In this document: positions 9,383 through 20,232 of the stretch, piece by piece
Position numbering within the stretch: the stretch's first letter is position 1
Layout: the number at the start of each line of letters is the position of its first letter
Assembly: GCA_963767925.1 (NCBI GenBank)
Contig: CAVYGB010000002.1
Span: 480,001-544,000, forward strand
Reading direction: 5' to 3'
Length of the DNA: 64,000 bases
Source of the DNA: an uncultured delta proteobacterium
GTDB lineage: Bacteria > Myxococcota_A > Polyangia > Fen-1088
Made by a program: the position numbers and the translations under genes
The notes under the pieces: generated by a model
Told to the model about the DNA's origin: nothing
Database searches by the model: none
What the model saw: only the letters and a program-made list of their open reading frames with translations

Positions 9383-9733
9383 TCAGGCGTGGGCGGCGGG
9401 GTCCTTCGCGATGAGCTCGCGGGCGCCGTAGAAGGTGGTTCGCTCGGGGGTGACGAGTGGCCAGCCTTTCAGGGCGGCGCGGATGGGGGCCAGGTCGGCG
9501 ACCTCGAGGTAGAGGAAGGCGCGGTGGGGGCCGTCGGCGATGGCGGGGACGTCCTTCGACAGCGAGGCGCGGCTCTGGAGCATCAGCGCGAGGTCGCCGT
9601 GCTGGAGGATGACGAAGCCGAGCTTGTTGCCCTCGGGGACCTCGGTCGCCCTGGCGAACCCCAGGCGATCGACCCAGAAGGGGAGCGCGTCTTCGATGCT
9701 GTCGACGATCAGGTTCGGGGTGAGCTTCTTCAT
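9383..9733 (-). CDS. VOC/glyoxalase family protein
   Basis: MKKLTPNLIVDSIEDALPFWVDRLGF...TFYGARELIAKDP; AGGAG RBS; last beta-strand may be missing. Confidence 0.88.
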   Translation of the reverse strand: MKKLTPNLIVDSIEDALPFWVDRLGFARATEVPEGNKLGFVILQHGDLALMLQSRASLSKDVPAIADGPHRAFLYLEVADLAPIRAALKGWPLVTPERTTFYGARELIAKDPAAHA

Positions 9734-9962
9734 GGCTCCTTCTTGCCCGATCGCGCGGCGGGAAAATTGGACGGATGGAACCTGCGGTTCCTCTCGGCAC
9801 ACGGCGACGGTGACATACGGAAATGGCCTGGACGTGCGCGCGATTTCGGCAGGCGCTGAATTTGCCGGGTCATTTTCCGTGCCGGATTGGCATGACGGCG
9901 CGCCTTCGACGGTGATTTCGATCGGTGCCGTCAAGATCGGAGACCTGGGGCCACTAGAGGCC

Positions 9963-11027
9963 ATGACAAACCTCGCCAGTGGCCTTCTGAGCCCGCGCAC
10001 GCCGCGGCCCGGCCGCAACGGTCTTCTCTCCATCGCTGCTCTGGTCGCGCTGCTCGGCGCGGCCTGCTCGCAGGAAAGCGGCAACGGCTCGGGCACCGGT
10101 GGGACCGGCGGGTCGACCACCTCGGGCACCGGCGGCGGCGCCGGGTCGGCGGGCAGCGGCGGGGGAGCGGCCCAGGGCGGATCCGGCGGGGCCGGCGGAC
10201 AGAGCGGGAGCGGCGGCAGCGCGCCGGCCGGTGGCGCCGGTGGCTCGGCCACGGGCGGCAGCTCGGGCAGCGGTCCCGGTCGCGACGCCGGCGCCAGCCG
10301 GGACAGCGGCAGCCGCGACACGGGCAGCGGCCCGGCGCGGGACGCGGGCGCGCGCGCGGATGGCGCGCGCGGCGATGGGCCGCCGGCCAGCGCGGGGGCG
10401 CCGGGCTGCCAGGGCTTCGTGGGCAAGTTCTGCAGCGACTTCGAGCTGCAGAACGCCGGCGCCGCCCCCAACGGCAACGGCGACTTCACCGTCAGCGGCA
10501 ACTCGGTGACCGTGGACGGGGCCAAGGGCTTCAGCGGCACCAAGTCGCTGCGCTTCCGCCCCGGCGGCAAGACCCAGCTCGTGTTCCGCAAGCAGTTCCC
10601 CTTCAATGAGCAGCACGGCCGGCTGATGATGTTCGTGACCCGGACACCGCCCAACCCCTCGCACTGGGACATCGTCCAGTCCAACAGCGCGGCCAACAAC
10701 ATCTGGTCCTGGGGCGGGATGTACGGGAAGTTCCAGCTCGTCGTCGATCCCCCCGACGACGGCCAGGACTCGACCACGGTGATCCCCTCGGGCAAGTGGT
10801 TCTGCGTGCAGTGGCACTTCGGCCAGGGGACCGGCGGTCGCTCCGACTACCACGTCAAGATGGACGGCGCCGAGGTGAACAAGTCGCCCCAGATCGGCCA
10901 CTGGCGGGCCGGTGCCTGGGAGGACCTCCTGGTCGGCTGGGAGGTGTTCGGCACCGCCCCCATCGAGTTCTGGATCGACGACCTGGCCTTCGGCGAAAAA
11001 GAGATCGCCTGCCCCGCCGCCCCCTGA
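9963..11027 (+). CDS. Lipoprotein with Gly-rich linker and beta-sandwich (LamG/Cip1-like) domain
   Basis: Lipobox LGAAC, Gly/Ser linker, FCSDFE, GKWFCVQWHF and FWIDDLAFG..IAC. Confidence 0.8.
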   Translation: MTNLASGLLSPRTPRPGRNGLLSIAALVALLGAACSQESGNGSGTGGTGGSTTSGTGGGAGSAGSGGGAAQGGSGGAGGQSGSGGSAPAGGAGGSATGGSSGSGPGRDAGASRDSGSRDTGSGPARDAGARADGARGDGPPASAGAPGCQGFVGKFCSDFELQNAGAAPNGNGDFTVSGNSVTVDGAKGFSGTKSLRFRPGGKTQLVFRKQFPFNEQHGRLMMFVTRTPPNPSHWDIVQSNSAANNIWSWGGMYGKFQLVVDPPDDGQDSTTVIPSGKWFCVQWHFGQGTGGRSDYHVKMDGAEVNKSPQIGHWRAGAWEDLLVGWEVFGTAPIEFWIDDLAFGEKEIACPAAP

Positions 11028-11256
11028 CGGCCTGACGCCGGGGCGCCCCGCCCGGCGAGCGTGGGGCGCACCGGTCCGGGACGACCGCGGGGGTCGCAGA
11101 AAGCATGGCCGGTCGACGCGCGGGTGCTGCGGGTCGGGTTGGAGGCGCGTGTTAAGATCGCGCCTTCGCGACTGGATCGAAGATGGCACGTGGACGGCAC
11201 GAGCAAGCGATGGGCACGGCCCCCCTCCCGTCGGCGACGGGCCCCGGCGGTCCGGC

Positions 11257-12030
<774 letters not shown>

Positions 12031-12156
12031 CGCCGGGCCGCAGGCAACCCTCGCCGGAGGCCCCTCACCCGGCGTCGGCCAAGACCAGGCCCTCGAGGGC
12101 TGACCCGCCAGCGAGCGCGTGCCCGCGGCGGGCGGACGCGCTATAGAGCTGGCTCG

Positions 12157-13248
12157 ATGGGTCCCCCTGACGCGACCCCCGCGCCCGAGCTCTCCGCGGC
12201 GCTGGAGGCGGCGCTGCTGCGCACGCTGGCGGAGAGCTGGGACGAGATCAACTACAGCCACTTCGGCCGCAAGCTGCGGCGGCCGGTGCTGGCGCTGCAC
12301 GACGGGCAGGGGCGGCTGGGCCAGTGGAACGGCGCCCGGAGCGAGCTGTCGCTCAGCCGGGCGCTGGTCTGGGAGCAGCCCTGGGGCGTCGTGCTCGAGG
12401 TGCTCAAGCACGAGGTGGCCCACCAGTTCGTCGACCAGGTGCTGCAGGCCCACGACGAGACCGCCCACGGCCCCGCCTTCGAGAGCGTGTGCCGCCAGCA
12501 CGGCATCGACCCGGCCGCCCGCGGGCTGCCCCGCACCGCCGAGGGCGCCGACGACGAACATCCCATCTTGCGGCGGATCGCCCGGCTGCTCGCCCTGGCC
12601 AGCAGCCCCAACCTGAACGAGGCCCAGGCCGCGATGAGCCAGGCCCAGCGCCTGATGCTGAAGCACAACATCGAGGCGGCCACCGCCACCGCCCGGCGGG
12701 GCTTCGAGTTTCGCCACCTGGGGCTGCCCCGCCGGCGCATCGACGCCGCCGAGCAGATCCTGGCGAGCATCCTGTCCGAGCACTTCTTCGTCGAGGTCAT
12801 CTGGGTCCCGTCGTACCTCGTGCGCGAGGGGCGCGCCGGCACCGTGCTCGAGGTGTGTGGCACCCGGGCCAACCTCGAGGTGGCGAGCTACGTCCACGGG
12901 TTCCTGACCGAGGCCGCCGTCCGGCTGTGGCGCGACCACAAGATCGCCCAGCGCCTGAAGGGCGATCGAGAGCGGCGGCGGTTCGTGCTGGGGGTCATGA
13001 TGGGCTTCTCCGAGAAGCTGCAGGTGCACGCCACCGGCACCCGCCTCGAGGGGCTGATCTGGCGGGGCGATCCCGAGCTGGTCGACTACCTGCAGCGCCG
13101 CCACCCCCACCGGCGCGGCGGCCGCCGCTTCGGCTACCGCCGGACCGCCACCTACGAGCAGGGCCGCCGCGCCGGACGCGAGATCGTCCTGCACCGGGCC
13201 GTCCACACCCGCATCGACCGCGGCCGCCTCCTACCCCCCAGCCGCTGA
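12157..13248 (+). CDS. SprT-like zinc metalloprotease / DUF2786 domain protein
   Basis: LKHEVAHQ (HExxH), HGPAF, and DUF2786-like LLALASSPNLNEAQAAM..AQRLM.KHNI. Confidence 0.85.
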   Translation: MGPPDATPAPELSAALEAALLRTLAESWDEINYSHFGRKLRRPVLALHDGQGRLGQWNGARSELSLSRALVWEQPWGVVLEVLKHEVAHQFVDQVLQAHDETAHGPAFESVCRQHGIDPAARGLPRTAEGADDEHPILRRIARLLALASSPNLNEAQAAMSQAQRLMLKHNIEAATATARRGFEFRHLGLPRRRIDAAEQILASILSEHFFVEVIWVPSYLVREGRAGTVLEVCGTRANLEVASYVHGFLTEAAVRLWRDHKIAQRLKGDRERRRFVLGVMMGFSEKLQVHATGTRLEGLIWRGDPELVDYLQRRHPHRRGGRRFGYRRTATYEQGRRAGREIVLHRAVHTRIDRGRLLPPSR

Positions 13249-13270
13249 CCTCCCGCGGCTCCCGCCTGCG

Positions 13271-14194
13271 CTATTCGGTGGGGAGGAGCAGGATGGTGCC
13301 GTTGGCGGTGTGGGGGACCAGGAGGCGGTGTCCGGGTTCGTCGAGGTAGAAGTCGGCGGTGCTGCGAGGGCCCACGCCGGAGAGCAGGACCTGCACGGTC
13401 TCGCCGTCGCGGTCGAGCTTCCAGACGGCGCCGTTCTCGAAGGTCGAGACGTAGATGTTTCCCTCGGCGTCTTGCTCGACGCCGTCGGCCCCACGAAAGC
13501 CGGTGGCGAGGGTGGTGCGGGTGGGTCTTCTGCCCGGCTTGATCTCGACGAGGCTGCCGAAGAAGAAGTCCACCGCCAGCAGGTGGCCCGGGCGGTTGGC
13601 CAGGCCCACGCCGTTGATGACGAGGAGCTTGCGCGAGGGGGAGACGACCTCCGCCACCGCTCCGTCGAGGGTGACGCGGTAAATGCGCGAGCGCGCTTCG
13701 ATGGTCCAGGTGGTTGCGCTGAAGCTGTCGAGCGGCCACAGGAGCTGGGTCGCTGGATCCCGGATCTGCGAGCGGGCGCCCATCTCGGTGACGAGGACCG
13801 ACCGGCCGCCCGGCTCGGCCGCGGCGTCGTTGAGGAACTCGATGGGATGGGGGAAAGCGGCCGCCTCGGCCAGCACGCGCGCGTTGCCTTGCTGGTCGAC
13901 GATCCAGACCCGGGTTGTGTCGGTGACGACGAGGAATTCCCCGGTGAAGGTGATGCCGCGCGGGTCGTTGAGGCCCGCCACGAACGGGGTCACGGCTCCC
14001 CCCGGCAGATCCAGCCGACGGATCTCGCCGTCGCCGGGATCGGGCGTCCCCTGGATCGAGACGTAGAAGCTGCCGCCCCAGCCGCGGGTGACGCTCTCGG
14101 GCCGGGGGCCGACCGGGATGGCGATCGGCTGCGCCCAGGCAGCCGTTGAGATGCCGGCCAGGAACAGGAGCAAGGTTGCGCGCAGAGCTCTCAT
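13271..14194 (-). CDS. Secreted SMP-30/gluconolactonase-like beta-propeller
   Basis: Signal peptide; RPES, LNDPRG, FLND and GADG blades. Confidence 0.8.
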   Translation of the reverse strand: MRALRATLLLFLAGISTAAWAQPIAIPVGPRPESVTRGWGGSFYVSIQGTPDPGDGEIRRLDLPGGAVTPFVAGLNDPRGITFTGEFLVVTDTTRVWIVDQQGNARVLAEAAAFPHPIEFLNDAAAEPGGRSVLVTEMGARSQIRDPATQLLWPLDSFSATTWTIEARSRIYRVTLDGAVAEVVSPSRKLLVINGVGLANRPGHLLAVDFFFGSLVEIKPGRRPTRTTLATGFRGADGVEQDAEGNIYVSTFENGAVWKLDRDGETVQVLLSGVGPRSTADFYLDEPGHRLLVPHTANGTILLLPTE

Positions 14195-14311
14195 GCCCGG
14201 CATCTTCGGCCCCGTCCCCGGGGCCCGGAACCCCCTTCCGCGTCGAGTCGTTGCCGTATTTCCGGGCCGGCCGTGGCCGGTCGGGCGGGCCCCGAAAGCG
14301 GGCGGCCGCTC

Positions 14312-14914
14312 TCACTCGACGACGATGCCGAGCGACTGCACCAGCAGGACCGCGGCGTCGAAGCCGAGGCGGACCCCCTGGACCCGGTTTTGCTGGGGAT
14401 CGAAGAGGACGTTGCGGGCCCGCGAGAAGTTGGCCCGGGCGAGCTGGCAGCCGCGGATGGTGCTGTCCTGCAGGTCGCTGTCGGTGAAGTCGGCCTCGGT
14501 CAGGTCGGCCTCGATGAAGTTGGTCTCCCGGGCGACGCAGCCGACGAAGCGGGCCGCGCGCAGGCGCAGCTTCACGAACGAGGCGTAGCGCAGGTCGCAC
14601 TTCTCGAAGGAGAAGTCGGGCAAGGGGGCCACGTCGCTGAAGTCCACCCCCATCAGCCGCGTGCCCTTGAAGGTCACGCCCCGCAGGGCGAGCTGCTGCG
14701 GCACCATGCGGCTGAGATCGCAGTCCTCGAAGACGCAGTCCTCGAGCCGGGTCTTGCCCCAGCGGCTCTCGATCAGCTTGCAACCGCGGAAGGTGCAGCG
14801 CTGCAGCTCCTTGTCCGACAGGTCGGCCGCCTCGAGGGTGAGATCGGTGAAGGTGACCTCGGCGAAGAAGTCGTCGTCTTGCAGGCTGGGTGCGGGTGGC
14901 GGGGGGCTGCTCAT
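14312..14914 (-). CDS. Pentapeptide repeat protein
   Basis: Continuous [AC]-[DN]-[LF]-x-x repeats (CTFRG, CVFED, CDLSR, ADLTE, ADFTD). Confidence 0.9.
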   Translation of the reverse strand: MSSPPPPAPSLQDDDFFAEVTFTDLTLEAADLSDKELQRCTFRGCKLIESRWGKTRLEDCVFEDCDLSRMVPQQLALRGVTFKGTRLMGVDFSDVAPLPDFSFEKCDLRYASFVKLRLRAARFVGCVARETNFIEADLTEADFTDSDLQDSTIRGCQLARANFSRARNVLFDPQQNRVQGVRLGFDAAVLLVQSLGIVVE

Positions 14915-15924
14915 CGTGATTCATCCGGGGGCTCGGCGGTGGGACGGCATTCGACCAGGTAGCGGCCCGAGGGCTGCAAGGTGGTGGCCTGCACCCGCAG
15001 CCCCGCGCCGGCGGCCAGGGCGCGAAACTGCGACAGGCTGCGGTCCCGGCCCCCCACCAGGATCATCATCAGCAGCTCCGGGGCGGGCTGCCCCTGCTCG
15101 TCGGGGGAGACGCCGTTGAGCACGATAACCCGGCCGGACGGGCGGGCGGCCTCGGCGCAGCGGCGCAGGAGCGCGGCGGCCTCCCGGTCCGGCCAGTCGC
15201 TGAGCACGCTCTTGAGCAGGTACAGGTCGGCGCCGGCGGGCAGCGGATCGAAGAAGCTCTGGGCGGCGGTGCGCACGCGCCCCTCCACCTCGGCGGCGCG
15301 GAACACCTCCGCCGAGCGGGCCACCGTGCTGGGCAGATCGACAAGCGTCCCCTGCACGGCGGGGTGGGCGCGCAGCACCGCGGCCAGCAGGGCGCCGGTG
15401 CCGCCCCCCACGTCGACAACCTGCCGCACGCCCTCCCAGGTGCCGGTGACGAGGACGTCGGGGTCGGGGGAGCCGTGGCCGGGCCCCATGAGGCCGTCGA
15501 AGTCGGCGGCGATGGCGGGGTTGGCCTGCAGGTCCTCCCAGAACGGGCGCCCGAAGATCGTGTGGTAGGCCGGCGCCCCCGTGCGCACGGCGGGCAGCAG
15601 GCTGGCCCAGGCGTGCGCCATGCGCCCCCCGATGCCCTCGAGGTCGAAGCCGAACCGGGCCCCCGGCTCGAGCAGCCCCCGGGCGGCGGCGTTGAGGGCG
15701 AAGCGCCCCGGCTCCGGCTGAACGAACAGCCCCTGCTCCACCAGGTGCCGCAGCACGCGCGACAGGGAGTCGGCGTGAGCGCCCGCGGCTCTGGCCAGGT
15801 CGTCGATCGGGCGGGGTCCCCCGGCGAGGTGCTCGGCGACCCGCAGGGTCACAACCACATGGACACACCAGGGTGTACAGAGGTCGGCGAGCTTCCACAG
15901 GTCGACGCCCTCCCCGGCCGGCAT
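14911..15924 (-). CDS. O-methyltransferase (Methyltransf_2 with dimerisation domain)
   Basis: VVDVGGGTG, SFFDPLP.GADLYLLKSVLSDW. Confidence 0.9.
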   Translation of the reverse strand: MPAGEGVDLWKLADLCTPWCVHVVVTLRVAEHLAGGPRPIDDLARAAGAHADSLSRVLRHLVEQGLFVQPEPGRFALNAAARGLLEPGARFGFDLEGIGGRMAHAWASLLPAVRTGAPAYHTIFGRPFWEDLQANPAIAADFDGLMGPGHGSPDPDVLVTGTWEGVRQVVDVGGGTGALLAAVLRAHPAVQGTLVDLPSTVARSAEVFRAAEVEGRVRTAAQSFFDPLPAGADLYLLKSVLSDWPDREAAALLRRCAEAARPSGRVIVLNGVSPDEQGQPAPELLMMILVGGRDRSLSQFRALAAGAGLRVQATTLQPSGRYLVECRPTAEPPDESR

Positions 15925-16055
15925 GGCACCAGGCTACGCTGCCCCCGGCCCGCCAGCAACCGCCCCGATGGCCCTGTCTTCCGTCGGTGCGCTCGAGGCG
16001 CTCGAGCTTGCCCACCTCGGAGGAAATATCCGGAGGCTCGGGGCGTTCAGGATCC

Positions 16056-16411
16056 ATGGCCGATCCGCGACAGCGTCCGCCCGAGCGCCCGGCTGCGCAG
16101 CCGTCCGTCTCGCGGCGGGAGATCCTCCTCGGCGCCGCCGGGGTCTGGCTTGCCGGGTGCCGCCGCCAGAGCGCCGACGAGAAGGCCACCATCACCACCC
16201 GGGGACGCTGGGGCGGGCTCGACGGGACGCTGGTGAGCGCGCTGCCCGAAGGTCACAAGGGCGGCAAGGCGCTTGTCCTCTTGCACGGCTTCCGGATGCG
16301 CCCCGACGCCGACAGCCTGCTGCGAGGCGCGCGCAAGGTCGCCACCCTGCGGATGCGCGTCTTCGTCCCCGGAGGCATCGAGGCGGCCGGCAAGGGCCGC
16401 GCCTGGTGGGG
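16056..16411 (+). pseudogene. 5' fragment of a Tat-type lipoprotein carboxylesterase/phospholipase
   Basis: SRREILLG..LAGC, VLLHGF, GRAWW; ends before any GxSxG. Confidence 0.55.
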
Positions 16412-16708
16412 CACACGGTGCAACTCGGCGAATACGAAGCCACCGCGGACGCGATTCTCTATGATTTTGATCTCGAGGTCCGCGCGCGGATGAAAGCGCG
16501 CCAGGTCGCGCAGGACAGGTCCTTCGGCGGAGCACTTCGGCGACTGCGACTACTCCGTGGCCTCACGCGCGCCGACTTCGAACCGGTGGTCAGCGAGAAG
16601 ACCATCGCGCGCATCGAGAACGGCGAAGTCACGACCCCTCAGCACGATACCCTGATGGCGATCGCCAAGCACCTCGACGTTCAACCGGAGGAAATCGGCA
16701 GCTATTGA
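16412..16708 (+). pseudogene. 3' fragment of an XRE-family HTH regulator
   Basis: FGGALRRLRLLRGLTRADF..VSEKTIARIENGE...TL..IAKHL; lower GC; no upstream start in its own sequence. Confidence 0.65.
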
Positions 16709-16947
16709 GCGTCTGGAATAGACGACCCGCTGAGCGAGAGCAAAGGTGGGGGCCCGGGTCTAGCCACCCGGACCCCGGCGCGGATGGACGCGCAAGGGCA
16801 CGATGCCCCGAGCGCGCTTGATCGTCCAGTTCCGACTGATCGCTCGGTCGGATGGACGGGTCGATAGTCGATTTACACCAGCTTCTCTGCGGGATCTGCG
16901 GAGCCAGGTTCTTCGTTTGCGCCGAGGATTTCCGAGGTCAGTGCTAC

Positions 16948-17740
16948 TGCTGCTGGTGGCAGTGAAATCCTCCCCCGGCACGGCGGCCGAAATCGCCTCG
17001 GGTGACGGAGAGGCGGATCGCGCGGTGACGCCGATTTCGGGCCCGACAGGGAATCGCGTTGGGTGCCCGGTGCGACCTGATTGGGCCGGAAGTTGCCTGG
17101 TAGGTCCGTGGCGAGGCGAAAGCCTGTAGTGGGGCCGCGAGGGCGCCAGGGCGATCTCAAGCGGGGCACGCGGATGGCGGAGGGTCGGCCGGGGAGGCGT
17201 GCCCCCCCTCCGGGGCGCGGCTCGAGGCGGATCCCGAGACAGACGGCGCCCGCTCGGTGGTCGATCAGAAGAGCGAGTCGTCCGGATCGTACGACGGGGG
17301 ATCGCTGTTCGAGGCGGGATCCTCAGCGACGTCGGGCTCGGGCTCGGGCTCGGGCTGGAGGATCGCCTCGCGGTAGACCTGCCACAGCTCACCCTGGAGC
17401 TGCTCGAGGCAGTCGATGAGCGCCCCGGCCTCGCGCGGGCCGAGCGCGGGCAGCACGAGGGTGACGATGCGTGGTGGAGGCGCGGCTGGACGACTGCTCA
17501 CGATCGCTCCGGGCGCTTCCGATCGGCGTCTCGGTGGCCGCGATGGCCGGAGGGACGTCGACCTCGCTTCGGCGGCAGTGGGCCGGGGGACGAGTCTCGA
17601 TCGACGCGGAAGCTCTTGGCGTCTTTGGGGAAGGTGAAGATGTGGGCGCCCTCGATGAGGCGGTCGAGGGCGGGTGTGACCTGGGAGGGACTGCCGAGCG
17701 CCCGTGGCCACTCCTCGAAGCCGAGGAGGATCTGGCTGTA
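16948..17740 (-). mobile_element. istB: IS21-family remnant (istB 3' end, small downstream ORF, possible terminal repeat)
   Basis: FEEWPRALGSPSQVTPALDRLIEGAHIFTF...SFR resembles the IstB C-terminus (17498-~17735); small acidic ORF ending at 17265; TGCTGGTGGCAGTGAAATCC near 16951 is a plausible end. Confidence 0.55.
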
Positions 17741-17836
17741 CTGGGAGGAGGCGCTCGACCGACGCGCCGTGGTGGCACTTGGCAGCCGCAGCCGGGTGCT
17801 CCGCATCTGAGGGGTGTGACCGGCCTACCGGCGCCA

Positions 17837-17854
17837 ACTTGAATAGGGCACTAG
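17837..17854. repeat. 18-bp sequence perfectly inverted at 24210-24227
   Basis: ACTTGAATAGGGCACTAG versus CTAGTGCCCTATTCAAGT. Confidence 0.8.
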
Positions 17855-18093
17855 GTAGCACGCTCGATCGGGTGCAGGGCGAGGGAGGGGAGGTCGACGG
17901 CGCTGGTGGTCTGACGAGCGAGCGGTCCGACTTCGAGGGGGTACCCGGCGGATGGACGCGGTCGCCCCGGGCGACCCGGTCAACGCGATCGACTCCGTTG
18001 TAGTATCGCCGCCTCATCAGAGGAGGCCCCATGGCGCGCGTGGCGGGTTCAGTCTTGGTCGCGGCGACCGAGGCGCGGCTACCGCCCGCGGGG

Positions 18094-20175
18094 TCAGGTG
18101 GGGAGGTCGCGCGCGGGGGCGGCCTGCTGCTGGCGGCGCTGGCGGAGGCGCTGCTGGCGGCGTTCTCGCTCGATCCGCTGCCGGGCGGGGCCGGCGCCGG
18201 GGACGATCTTCCGGGGCGCTCCTGGCCGCGCGGCCCCCGAGGGCTGGCCGGTCGCGGGGGCGTTCTTGCGATTCGCCGCGGGCGGTCCGCCCGGACGCGG
18301 GGGCGCTACAGGCACTGCGCCCGGACCCCCAGGCACGGCGGCCCCGCCGGGACGAACCGGCGCCGGGGCCGAACCCGGCCGAACCGGAGCGACCGGAGGC
18401 GCCCTGGGGCCAGCCGGCGCACCCGGAGCCGCGCCCGGGCGAGCCGGTGGCGCGGGCGCAGGGACGGCGACTGGCTTCACCGCCGGCACTACCGGCTTCA
18501 CCACCGCCGGCGGCGGCGGCGCGGGGGTCAGGGCGGCGGGCCAGGGGAGCTTGGGGCCAGGAGGGGGCTCCCAGATGCGGGTCACGTAGCGCCAGGCGTG
18601 TTCGGCGTAGGGGCCGGTGGCGGGGAACTCGCGCTGGTAGACGTAGAAGACGCCGACCGCGAGCGCGCAGGCGAGGGGGACGGCCAGGGGGGCCAGGCGG
18701 GTGCCGCGGCTGATCAGCCACAACACGACGCCGAGGGCGACAAGGTACAGGGGGGCGAGGGCGAGAAAGCCGCGGAGGCCGAGGGCGGTGCCGACCGAGT
18801 GGGTGGCGTAGCCCTCCCGCACCAGGCGGAAGGACAGCTCGAACACGGGGTTGCGCAGGCCATCGGGCCAGTGGGGAAAGGTCGTCGCGGCGGCCAGGAA
18901 GATCGCCACCGAGACCAGCACCACCGCCTGGGCCAGCACCCGGGTGACCAGGAACCGGTAGGCGGCGGCGAAGCCCGCCGCCGCCAGCCAGCCGAGGAAC
19001 GGGAAGCAGGCGCCGAGGTAACGCGGCCCCACCGCCCAGCCGGCCCGCGCGAACTGCGGCACCAGCGAGCCGATGGCGACCAGGTAGACCGCGACGATGA
19101 CCAGGCAGGTGATCGCCTCGGCCCCCGCCCGGCGGCGGGCAGTCCGGCTGGCGAAGATCGCCACCAGCCCGACCAGGGCCAGCAGCACCCAGGGCATCAG
19201 CAGCACCAGACCGTTGGAGGGGTCGAGCAGCAGGAGGAAAAACGACTGGCGGCTGGGGCCCACCATGCCGAGGAAGCCGGTGCGGGTGACGGTGTCGTTG
19301 GCGGTCGACAGCGGGGTGGCCAGCGGCGACCCGAACAGCAGCTTGTGGTAGAGGCCCAGCGCCACCGCCAGCGGCAGCGCGCCGAGGGCGATGAAGGCGA
19401 GGTTGCGCAGCCGCTTGCGCGCCCGGATGAAGGCGTACAGGCCCACCACCGGGGCGACGAAGACGGTCTGGTAGTCCATCAGCACGGCGGCCGCGCACAG
19501 GGCCCCCACCAGCAGCGCGGTCAGCCGGGGGCGCGCCGTCTCGTCCCGGGCCAGCAACACCGCCGCAACGAAGGCGCTCCCCAGGCAGACCGCGGCGAGC
19601 TGGTGCGATAAAAACAGGATCGCGTAGGGCAAGGCCGACGAGCCCAGGGCGTAGGCCACCAGGGTCGCCCGGCGGGCCGGCTCATCCGGCGTGAAGCGGG
19701 CGGTGAGCCGGTAGAAGAAGGGCAGGAAAAACAGGGCCGGGATGGTCACCGCGAACACCCGGAAGGCCCAGGTCGAGCTGCGGATCGAGGTGGTCTTGAA
19801 GAACTTGAGGACGGCGTAGACCGGCACCGCCAGGAACGACGGCCCCGGCGCCTTGTTGGAATAGAAGTGCCCGTCGGCCCCCTTCGACAGGTCGAAGCGC
19901 GAGCCCATCTCGTTCATGCGCCCGTCGATGCGGCACGAGCCGCGCTCGACGATCTCCTGCGACATCAGGATGCGCGGCATCTCGTTGGCGCTGCGGAGCC
20001 GGTCGAAGTAGGGGAACGAATAGAGATAGATGAAGGCGAAAAACAGGAAGGCCCGGCCCGACAGCGGGCGCAAGGTGGGCAACGACTCGACCGTGGGGCG
20101 CCGGCGCGGCGCCGGCGGCGCGGCGGGCAGCGGCGCCGAGGACGCGGTGAGCGGCGACGACAGGGTCTCGAACAT
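18094..20175 (-). CDS. Polytopic membrane protein, GT-C/ArnT-like, with Pro-rich C-terminal tail
   Basis: About 11 hydrophobic segments; YSNKAPGPSFLAVP and GWAVGPRYL. Confidence 0.75.
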   Translation of the reverse strand: MFETLSSPLTASSAPLPAAPPAPRRRPTVESLPTLRPLSGRAFLFFAFIYLYSFPYFDRLRSANEMPRILMSQEIVERGSCRIDGRMNEMGSRFDLSKGADGHFYSNKAPGPSFLAVPVYAVLKFFKTTSIRSSTWAFRVFAVTIPALFFLPFFYRLTARFTPDEPARRATLVAYALGSSALPYAILFLSHQLAAVCLGSAFVAAVLLARDETARPRLTALLVGALCAAAVLMDYQTVFVAPVVGLYAFIRARKRLRNLAFIALGALPLAVALGLYHKLLFGSPLATPLSTANDTVTRTGFLGMVGPSRQSFFLLLLDPSNGLVLLMPWVLLALVGLVAIFASRTARRRAGAEAITCLVIVAVYLVAIGSLVPQFARAGWAVGPRYLGACFPFLGWLAAAGFAAAYRFLVTRVLAQAVVLVSVAIFLAAATTFPHWPDGLRNPVFELSFRLVREGYATHSVGTALGLRGFLALAPLYLVALGVVLWLISRGTRLAPLAVPLACALAVGVFYVYQREFPATGPYAEHAWRYVTRIWEPPPGPKLPWPAALTPAPPPPAVVKPVVPAVKPVAVPAPAPPARPGAAPGAPAGPRAPPVAPVRPGSAPAPVRPGGAAVPGGPGAVPVAPPRPGGPPAANRKNAPATGQPSGAARPGAPRKIVPGAGPARQRIERERRQQRLRQRRQQQAAPARDLPT

Positions 20176-20232
20176 TTTGCCGGCGCTGTCTTACTACAAC
20201 TGAAGCAATCCCGCGTCGATGGTCCTTGCCGG

